This document shows positions 17,592 to 24,756 of a stretch of DNA of 44,379 nucleotides, in pieces; within the stretch, counting starts at the first letter, position 1, and each line of letters starts with the position of its first letter. Both the position numbers and the translations under genes were made by a program. The notes beneath the pieces are model-generated. The model did no database searches, was not told where the DNA came from, and saw only the letters and a program-made list of their open reading frames with translations. Source of the DNA: Candidatus Firestoneibacteriota bacterium (GTDB lineage Bacteria; Oederibacteriota; D2-FULL-39-29; CAIOVX01); contig CAIWRR010000105.1 in the NCBI GenBank assembly GCA_903915125.1, positions 1-44,379 of the forward strand. The letters are read 5' to 3'.

Positions 17592-19497
17592 CTTTTCTGC
17601 CCTTGTATCCGCCGTTGCGTCCGTTTCCCTTATTCCACGTTTTCGACGGACCGGTCCTCTTGAAACCTTTGCTTTTGCCTTTCTCGGATCTTCCCTTATA
17701 ACTTCCGCCCCGCTCAGAGAGTGTTTTTCCCGAGAAGGCCGATCCTGAAGTTCTGCTGCCATGCGACGGGCCTTTAGAATAGGGGTTTTTCGAAGCCGCC
17801 CATTTTCTGACAGGCGCTCCCGTTGATCTCTCGGAGCGTTCTGTTTCCCGTCCTGTATTTTCCGGGGATCTCGCGGAAGAGACATATTTTCGGTCTCTCT
17901 GAGATGTCCCGCCAAAATAGGGCCGTTTTTCACGAGTCCGGCTTTCTGAATCGTGACGCGCGGAAGGCCGCCTGTCAGGATCGTTCTTTCTTTCTTCTCT
18001 GCCCGCGCTTGGGCGTTTCCTTTTTACTTTTTCCGGCCTCGGGGCAAAGGTCTTTTTAACCTTTACTGCGGCAGGTTCCGCTTTTGCCACAACAGGCTGT
18101 ACCGTTTTTTCTCTTATTATTACCGGCTCAATAGCAGGCAATTCCGGCGCAGGTTCTTTCGCTTTGAAACTTTCATCCGGAACGAGCTTGACAATTACTT
18201 CAACGTGGAATGTATTCGGGAACATGTCAAGGGGCTGAATAAAAACCGGCTTATAACCTACTTCCCTCAGGATGAGCAAGTCTCTTGCAAGCGTCATAAC
18301 GTCGCAGGAAACATAGATTATTTCTTTGGCCCCGAGTTTCTTGATATTAAGAAGCACGCTCTTTTCACAACCTTTCCGCGGAGGGTCCAGCACAACAGTC
18401 TTTGGCCTGTAGCCGGTCGTCAATGAATTAGTTGTTATGTCTTCAACCCTGCCGTTCAGGAATTCGCAGTTTTCAATCTTGTTCAGTTCCGCGTTTATTT
18501 TTGCGTCGGCGATGGCAGGTTTGACTTCGTCAATGCCGATGACTTTTCTGAATTTTTTCGCAATGAGCAGCGAGATGGTGCCGGCTCCGCAGTAGAGATC
18601 GCAGGCCTCGGCAGTTAAATCTTCCGTAACCAAACCGCTGACGAGGTCATACATTTTACGCATCTGGGTAGTGTTGGTCTGGAAGAAAGAAATCGGAGAA
18701 ATCTTATATCTGATATCCGGCCATTCCTCGGTAAGAGAACCGTCCCCGAACATCATAATAGTCTGACTTCCCATGATGATATTAGTCTCAGTGTTGTTTA
18801 GGTTAAACAGCACGGAGATATCTTTGAACTCTTCTCGAAGCAGGTTGGCAAGCTTTGTCGCTTCATCAAGACTGCCGTCGCGGAGTACAAGAACAATAGC
18901 TGCGTCCTCTTTTGTCTCGCTTCCCCTTACTACAACGTGCCTGAGGTTTGGTATGGGGTAGTTGTTTTTGACCAGATATCTTTTTACGAAGCCGTAAATG
19001 TCGTTCAGCTTGCGAAGTATAAGCGGGCAGTTCTCTATATCAACAACGTAGTGGCTCTTTAAGGCGAAAAGTCCTGCCTTTTTCCCCGGGACATCAACCG
19101 GAAACTGGCTCTTGTTCCTGTAGTAATAGTGTTCGTCAGCAGGTATGGCTTTTTCTATTTTAACATCTTCAAAAGCCCTAAGAGCGTTTCTTACAATCTT
19201 TTCTTTGTAATCAAGCTGTTTTTGATAATTTAAATGCTGCCAGTGACAGCCGCCGCATTCCCCGAATACCGGGCAGGGAGTCTCTATCCTGTCAGGCGAG
19301 GGTTTTAATATTTTCTCTATTTTCCCGCGCGAAAAGTTCTTGCGGACTTCCGTAATCAGCACTTCAAGCTCGTCGCCGGGCGCGGAATAGGGAACGAAAA
19401 CGATAAAATTTTCAAATCTGCCTATTCCGTCAGGCGAATATGCCAGTTCGTCAATCTTAAGCGTTATTCTCTGTCCTACTCTCACCGGCTGGTTCAT
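17578..19497 (-). CDS. rlmD: RlmD/RumA-type 23S rRNA (uracil-5)-methyltransferase with a 200-aa basic C-terminal extension
   Basis: It has a TRAM domain, the Fe-S Cys cluster CPVFGECGGCHWQH, a SAM-binding DLYCGAGT motif, and the catalytic region PPRKGC. The core ends at ...FHVEVIVKLV, about aa 439. Confidence 0.9.
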   Translation of the reverse strand: MNQPVRVGQRITLKIDELAYSPDGIGRFENFIVFVPYSAPGDELEVLITEVRKNFSRGKIEKILKPSPDRIETPCPVFGECGGCHWQHLNYQKQLDYKEKIVRNALRAFEDVKIEKAIPADEHYYYRNKSQFPVDVPGKKAGLFALKSHYVVDIENCPLILRKLNDIYGFVKRYLVKNNYPIPNLRHVVVRGSETKEDAAIVLVLRDGSLDEATKLANLLREEFKDISVLFNLNNTETNIIMGSQTIMMFGDGSLTEEWPDIRYKISPISFFQTNTTQMRKMYDLVSGLVTEDLTAEACDLYCGAGTISLLIAKKFRKVIGIDEVKPAIADAKINAELNKIENCEFLNGRVEDITTNSLTTGYRPKTVVLDPPRKGCEKSVLLNIKKLGAKEIIYVSCDVMTLARDLLILREVGYKPVFIQPLDMFPNTFHVEVIVKLVPDESFKAKEPAPELPAIEPVIIREKTVQPVVAKAEPAAVKVKKTFAPRPEKVKRKRPSAGREERKNDPDRRPSARHDSESRTREKRPYFGGTSQRDRKYVSSARSPENTGRETERSERSTGAPVRKWAASKNPYSKGPSHGSRTSGSAFSGKTLSERGGSYKGRSEKGKSKGFKRTGPSKTWNKGNGRNGGYKGRKDDRR

Positions 19498-20948
19498 TTA
19501 GTTAGTTTCTCCTTTAGAAGTTTGTTAACTACAGCCGGGTTTGCCTTGCCTCCGGTCGCCTTCATAACCTGTCCTACAAGGCTGCCAAGCGCTCTCTCAT
19601 TTCCGCTCTTAAAGTCCTGTACTGCCTTTTGGTTCTCCGTCAATACTTTTTCTACCACCTGCGCTATCGCTCCTTCATCAGAGATCTGCACAAGGCCGTT
19701 TCTTTTAACTATGATTCCCGGGTCGTCTTTTGTCGTGAACATTTCCGCAAATACCGTTTTTGCTATTTTCCCGCTGATAGTCCCGCATTCAACAAGGTTC
19801 ACCAGTTTGACCAAATTTTCCGGGGTTACGGGAGAATTTTTAATCTCTATTTTGTTTTCGTTTAACAGGCCGCCGAGGTCGGTCATTATGAGGTTGCTGA
19901 GGGCCTTGGGTTTGTTGAGGAGCTTGACGCAGTTTTCAAAATAGTCTGCAGTCTCTTTGGAAGCCGTAAGAACCCCGGCGTCGTATTCCGGCAAGCCGTA
20001 CTGCGAAACGAATCTTGAAGTTCTGGCGGCGGGCAATTCCACCAATTTAGCGCGGATCTCTTCTATCATGGCATCGGTGAACTCAAAAGCGACAAGGTCC
20101 GGCTCCGGGAAATATCTGTAATCGTGGGCCTCTTCTTTTGAACGCATCGGCACGGTTTCACCCAGGTCGGCGTTAAATAGACGCGTTTCCTGCCGGAGTT
20201 TTTCTCCGTTATCGAGCGCCTCTGCCTGCCTTGCTGCCTCGAACTCAAGCGCCTTCTGTACATTCTTGAAAGAGTTGAGGTTTTTTATCTCAATTTTCTC
20301 CCCGAATTTATCCGCTCCTTTTTCCATGAGAGAAATATTGGCGTCGCAGCGCAGAGTTCCTTTCTCCATGTCGCAGTCTGAAGCTCCGATGTACTGAATA
20401 AGGCTCTTAAGTGTTGTTAAGTACTCATAAGCTTCAAGCGGCGAGCGCATATCCGGTTCGGATACTATTTCCAGCAGCGGTATGCCGGTGCGGTTAAGAT
20501 CCACCAAAGATTCTTCTGCCGCGCCTATCTGGCCTCCGGCTCCTACATGTACGAGTTTTCCTGCGTCCTCTTCGAGGTGCGCCCGGGTAACGCCTATGAC
20601 TTTCTTAACGCCGTTTACTGTTATCTCAAGCTGCCCGTTCTTCGAGAAAGGCTTGTCAAACTGTGAAGTCTGGTAGTTTTTCGGGAGGTCAGGGTAGAAA
20701 TAATTCTTCCTGTCAAATTTGCTGTACTTCTGTATTTCACAGTTCAAAGCAAGCGCCGTGAGTATAGTAAGTTCCACGGCTTTTTTATTCGAAACCGGAA
20801 GTACTCCCGGCAAACCGAGACAGACCGGGCAGGTATGAGTGTTTTGCTCCGCCCCAAAACCTGTGGAGCAGCCGCAAAATAGTTTGGACTCTGTTTTTAA
20901 TTGAACGTGCACTTCCAGCCCTATTACAACGGTGTATTCCTTTGACAT
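19494..20948 (-). CDS. gatB: Asp-tRNA(Asn)/Glu-tRNA(Gln) amidotransferase subunit B
   Basis: VIGLEVHVQL plus full-length GatB resemblance. The ATG at 20948 follows an SD (GGGG). The GTG at 20954 is an alternative start. Confidence 0.95.
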   Translation of the reverse strand: MSKEYTVVIGLEVHVQLKTESKLFCGCSTGFGAEQNTHTCPVCLGLPGVLPVSNKKAVELTILTALALNCEIQKYSKFDRKNYFYPDLPKNYQTSQFDKPFSKNGQLEITVNGVKKVIGVTRAHLEEDAGKLVHVGAGGQIGAAEESLVDLNRTGIPLLEIVSEPDMRSPLEAYEYLTTLKSLIQYIGASDCDMEKGTLRCDANISLMEKGADKFGEKIEIKNLNSFKNVQKALEFEAARQAEALDNGEKLRQETRLFNADLGETVPMRSKEEAHDYRYFPEPDLVAFEFTDAMIEEIRAKLVELPAARTSRFVSQYGLPEYDAGVLTASKETADYFENCVKLLNKPKALSNLIMTDLGGLLNENKIEIKNSPVTPENLVKLVNLVECGTISGKIAKTVFAEMFTTKDDPGIIVKRNGLVQISDEGAIAQVVEKVLTENQKAVQDFKSGNERALGSLVGQVMKATGGKANPAVVNKLLKEKLTK

Positions 20949-20950
20949 AT

Positions 20951-22414
20951 TCACCCCTTTCCCTCGAGCCTTGTTATTTCCAGACTTATCTTATCAAAGT
21001 ACTGCAAAATGTCCAGCATAAGATTGTTTCTGCCTGCTTCATCCAGCACACCGTCATTTAATTTTATATGAACGGAATCCGCAGGAGTTTCGTCAAATGT
21101 CGGGTCAAGCGCCACCCACTTGCCGACATAGGCCTCAACCCACATATGATAATAGAATTTTGAACCTATCGGAAAGAGCCCGGCGCTTGCCCTTGCCGGA
21201 ACACCTGCGGCTCTAAGCATTGCTATAGCGAGAACCGAGTGGGCCTTGCAATCTCCCTGCCTGTCAGAGAACGCTTCGACGGCAGAATTAAACCCCGTGT
21301 TGAAACTCTTCTTGTTGAGATAACGGTAAACCCAGTGAATAATTCTTTTTGCCGCGCGGTAAGAATTCTTTTCATCTCCAACCGCTTTCGCAGCCGCACC
21401 CATAATAGCGCTGTCTGCGGATTGTTCATAGGTGCTGGGAAGAAGATAGCGTGCCAGCGCTTTGGTTTTTATCGGCAGTTGCAGGGCTTCCTCTTCACGA
21501 AACAGGTCTATCTTGTTGGAAAAAAGAATGCTCCGTCCGTTACGCGATAGTTTCGCCTCTCCGGGAATATGACTTTTAAGCCGTTCCGGGACAGTGTCCT
21601 TGAAAGTCATCCTGGCTTCAAATAACGTGACCGAGGAAGGGCTCTTTATCGTTGTGTTTGAAGAAACGCAGGTTTCTTTAATTATGTCAATCTCCGATAA
21701 CTCAAAAGAAAGCGCGTCTTTTTCATCTGTCTTTACCAGTTCGGCTCCGAGAGCGGGCACGGTGGAACGGTATGTATTCCCGTCCTTGTCAAGATAATGC
21801 ACCGTGTCAACACCCAGAATATCCGCATGAAGCACAAAACCGCCTTTCTTTTCCTTGTCTGAATAAATCGTGCACTTAAGGTCTTCAAACGCAAGTGAAT
21901 CCTGGTTAAATACCCTTACCTTGAATTTTTTTCCGTCCTTTAGTCCTTTGCGCTGCGCGAAGATTTCTCCAGCATCAGCAAAAATAGCGTTCTTCTCATA
22001 GGCAATATCTTTGTGAGTTTTCTGCCCGGCTATATTTATAGTCAGCGATAATCTGTCGTTTATTAGTACACCTTCCACGGTTTTTTCTTTTGATGCCTGG
22101 TGCTCGGTTAACTTAAAGTAAAGCGGTGCAAGATCTTCTGTCAAGAAGACCGTCCCGCCGGCATCCAGTTCAATGGGAGTTCCCATCCTCAGCAGTCCAA
22201 ACTTAAGATAAGTGGTGAGTTTTTGGCAAGCCTTTCCTTTGTATTCAGAGGGTTCATAAGCCGAGAAAGAATAACCAACCTTTGAGTTCTTAAGATTGAC
22301 ATTGAACCATCCTTTGCGGGTTTCAAAGCCGGGACTGTCGGAACCTACAACCTGTTTCGCGGGAATTCCAAATAGGAGTACTGCCGCGGCTATAAAAAGA
22401 ATTGACCTTTTCAT
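20951..22414 (-). CDS. Secreted transglutaminase-like domain protein
   Basis: It has a signal peptide and a C-terminal transglutaminase core: QGDCKAHSVLAIAMLRAAGVPAR...YHMWVEAY...DPT (Cys-His-Asp). Confidence 0.75.
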   Translation of the reverse strand: MKRSILFIAAAVLLFGIPAKQVVGSDSPGFETRKGWFNVNLKNSKVGYSFSAYEPSEYKGKACQKLTTYLKFGLLRMGTPIELDAGGTVFLTEDLAPLYFKLTEHQASKEKTVEGVLINDRLSLTINIAGQKTHKDIAYEKNAIFADAGEIFAQRKGLKDGKKFKVRVFNQDSLAFEDLKCTIYSDKEKKGGFVLHADILGVDTVHYLDKDGNTYRSTVPALGAELVKTDEKDALSFELSEIDIIKETCVSSNTTIKSPSSVTLFEARMTFKDTVPERLKSHIPGEAKLSRNGRSILFSNKIDLFREEEALQLPIKTKALARYLLPSTYEQSADSAIMGAAAKAVGDEKNSYRAAKRIIHWVYRYLNKKSFNTGFNSAVEAFSDRQGDCKAHSVLAIAMLRAAGVPARASAGLFPIGSKFYYHMWVEAYVGKWVALDPTFDETPADSVHIKLNDGVLDEAGRNNLMLDILQYFDKISLEITRLEGKG

Positions 22415-22430
22415 TCATTAGCCTTTTGAA

Positions 22431-22465
22431 GCAATAACTGATAACTAATATCTAATAACTCGTAA
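22431..22465. repeat. Heptad array B1, inverted orientation (reverse complement reads TTACGAG TTATTAG ATATTAG TTATCAG TTATTGC)
   Basis: Direct reading of the sequence. It lies 17 nt upstream of the transglutaminase-like gene ATG. Confidence 0.75.
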
Positions 22466-22523
22466 TTGACTCAAAATAAGTTCACCAATAGCCAATAAAT
22501 CATAACCATAAAGTTTCTGCGCT

Positions 22524-22558
22524 TTATCAGTTATTAGTTATCAGATATTAGTTATTGT
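22524..22558. repeat. Heptad array B2, 5 x 7 nt (TTATCAG TTATTAG TTATCAG ATATTAG TTATTGT)
   Basis: Direct reading of the sequence. It ends 3 nt from the tRNA 3' CCA. Confidence 0.8.
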
Positions 22559-22561
22559 TTC

Positions 22562-22637
<76 letters not shown>

Positions 22638-22647
22638 CAATCGGGTT

Positions 22648-22676
22648 ATTTTAGCAAAAATGGAGGGTTTTAGCAA
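22648..22676 (-). promoter_or_regulatory. Sigma70-type promoter for tRNA-Thr (TTGCTA-17 nt-TAAAAT)
   Basis: The minus-strand read is TTGCTA aaaccctccatttttgc TAAAAT. The -10 ends 10 nt before the mature tRNA 5' end. Confidence 0.5.
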
Positions 22677-22693
22677 TTCCAATTTGAGCCTTC

Positions 22694-24577
22694 CTATTTC
22701 TCGACAGGCAGGATTATGCCCTGCATGATGATTTTTTGGGCAAAAATAAAGACGAGAAGCACCGGCAAGGCCGCGAATGTAAGAGCCGCCATGACAAGAT
22801 GCTGGCCGTTCGCGCCGCTTGACTGCTGAAACTGATATATAGAAACCATAATAGTCCACATCTTAGGGTCCTGACATATAATAAATGCCCACATAAAGCC
22901 GCCGTAAGTAGAGACAAAGGTCCAGAGAGCTATGACAGCAAAAACGGGCTTGCTGAGAGGCAACGTGATGTGCCAAAACATTTGAGCTTCGCTTGCGCCG
23001 TCAAGGTCGGCGGATTCGTAAAGATCCTTAGGCAGACTGTCAAAGAAGCCTTTTAGTATAAAGATATTGTAGCCGCTCGCCATTCCGGGCAGAATTAGCG
23101 CCCAGAAAGTATTTAGAAAGCCAAGCTGTTTTAGAAGCAGGAATCCCGGTATCATTCCGACTTCAGCAGGAAAAGCCATAGTTGCCAAAAGAAACAAGAG
23201 TATCCTGTAGGCGTAAGGCAGATTGTATCTTGACAGCGCGTAAGCGCAAAGAGGGTTCACGGTAAGGCTTGTCAGCAGCATTGCAAGCACCAGAATCACT
23301 GTGTTTACGCTGGCACGGCCGTTAAGCAACATGTAACTCAGCACGTCCGAGTAGTTGTTTATGATGAACCCAAACCGGAGGCCCTGCTTGTGCGAAAGAA
23401 AATATGAACGATCCTCTTCTCTTACCGGCATGGGTGCTTCTGAGAAAGATTTGTAAGATGTCCCGTACGCGCGGTTCATATTTTCTGGCCGTCCATACAA
23501 TGAGGAAAGAAACTCTGCATATTTTTGCGACGAGTCGAATATATGAATGGATTGAACGGGTGCGGTTGTGTCGCAGTAATTTCTCCAGTCGAGTTTTGGC
23601 TGGCCGTCCCCGGCCGGTTCAAACTCCGGAAGTTTGGCCTCGCCGATACTTGAATACGTGGTCTTGTAATAGCGATTAAACCGTCCAACATTTCCGTATT
23701 TGTTTTTCAAGAAGGATACATAGGCCGTACTATTTCCTGAAAGTTTCATAAAGCGATAAGGTATCTTGCTCCTTACATAGGCTCTCCAGCAGGCAGCTTC
23801 TTTCGGATTAACCGGCAGGGTTTCCTGCAGTCTTATCTCATCAAATGTTTTGTAAGTTGTTCCCCACTCGTAGTTAAGCTTGCCAATCTCTATATATAGA
23901 CTCAGCTTTAGGTACTCGGTGTATCTCTTTTCTAGCAAGGCCGGGATGCGGTGGCTTGGAGGCAGTTTTGCTTTAAACTTCAGGTAATTGATCCATTTTG
24001 CGCTTTCCCGGACTGGTTTCCACGACCTGGTAAGCGGTTCATCAACAGGAAATAGCAGGAATTCAAAACTTGAGAGAGTTTCGGCATAACCGTTATTTAA
24101 GCGTTCAATATCTTTGAAGCGCGTCTTTTCTTCGGATCTGTAGTCTTTCAAAAGGTCATAATTGAAACCGCGAGTCCAGTACTCCGGAGCTAGTTGTGAG
24201 AGAAACTGCTCATAATCTGTAAGCCGCGCTTTAGCACCTTTCCCGGAAACATCGGGGTATACCGGGGTGATATCCTTGTATGCCGGGAAATCAGTTTTAT
24301 AAAGGCTGTTAAGCGGCAGAATGTTTTTCTCGCCGCCGCGGTACCTGTCAGTATACTTGAGGTTAAGGTACTTGCGATAGAGAGCGTCATCGTCGAAATA
24401 AAACCTTGGGACGAGTTTAAACTCATCATAATCTACGGAGTTTGTCGTGGAACTTGAGAGCATGAGAAGAAAAGGATATGTAAAAATAACGGCGCCGAGG
24501 ACGCAGAAAATATAGAGTAATGCAAATAAAAGTTTGCTTTTCAGGCTCTTTCTTCCAACTACCGCTATTATTGGCAT
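22694..24577 (-). CDS. CUT1-type ABC transporter permease (MalG-like) with a ~380-aa extracytoplasmic insertion after TM1
   Basis: The C-terminal 200 aa form a typical binding-protein-dependent permease with the EAA loop (ESADLDGASEAQMFWHITLPLSKP). One TM lies at aa 15-40, followed by a long hydrophilic region to about aa 422. Confidence 0.8.
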   Translation of the reverse strand: MPIIAVVGRKSLKSKLLFALLYIFCVLGAVIFTYPFLLMLSSSTTNSVDYDEFKLVPRFYFDDDALYRKYLNLKYTDRYRGGEKNILPLNSLYKTDFPAYKDITPVYPDVSGKGAKARLTDYEQFLSQLAPEYWTRGFNYDLLKDYRSEEKTRFKDIERLNNGYAETLSSFEFLLFPVDEPLTRSWKPVRESAKWINYLKFKAKLPPSHRIPALLEKRYTEYLKLSLYIEIGKLNYEWGTTYKTFDEIRLQETLPVNPKEAACWRAYVRSKIPYRFMKLSGNSTAYVSFLKNKYGNVGRFNRYYKTTYSSIGEAKLPEFEPAGDGQPKLDWRNYCDTTAPVQSIHIFDSSQKYAEFLSSLYGRPENMNRAYGTSYKSFSEAPMPVREEDRSYFLSHKQGLRFGFIINNYSDVLSYMLLNGRASVNTVILVLAMLLTSLTVNPLCAYALSRYNLPYAYRILLFLLATMAFPAEVGMIPGFLLLKQLGFLNTFWALILPGMASGYNIFILKGFFDSLPKDLYESADLDGASEAQMFWHITLPLSKPVFAVIALWTFVSTYGGFMWAFIICQDPKMWTIMVSIYQFQQSSGANGQHLVMAALTFAALPVLLVFIFAQKIIMQGIILPVEK

Positions 24578-24621
24578 TCTATCCTCTTCTTAGTTTTTCA
24601 TGTATTGTAATGCAGAGTCCA

Positions 24622-24733
24622 GCCCTGTACCACTCGCTTCGCTCGGGTACAGGGCACGCCCTCAAATCACTCTCGGAGCTTGCCATGAACCTGAACGCAG
24701 TGAACGGTTCATAGGCCGGGTACAGGGCACGCC
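24622..24733. repeat. REP-like intercistronic element: a 17-mer direct repeat, an inverted partial copy and a second hairpin
   Basis: CGGGTACAGGGCACGCC occurs at 24644-24660 and 24717-24733. GCCCTGTACC (24622-24631) pairs with GGTACAGGGC (24646-24655). ATGAACC (24685-24691) pairs with GGTTCAT (24706-24712). Confidence 0.7.
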
Positions 24734-24756
24734 TTCCTAGCTTCCAACCCTCTAAA

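Noticed and set aside
17592-17933. 114-codon N-terminal extension of the IMPase ORF
   Set aside because: It is an alternate frame of the low-complexity rlmD tail. IMPase homology begins at the ATG at 17591.
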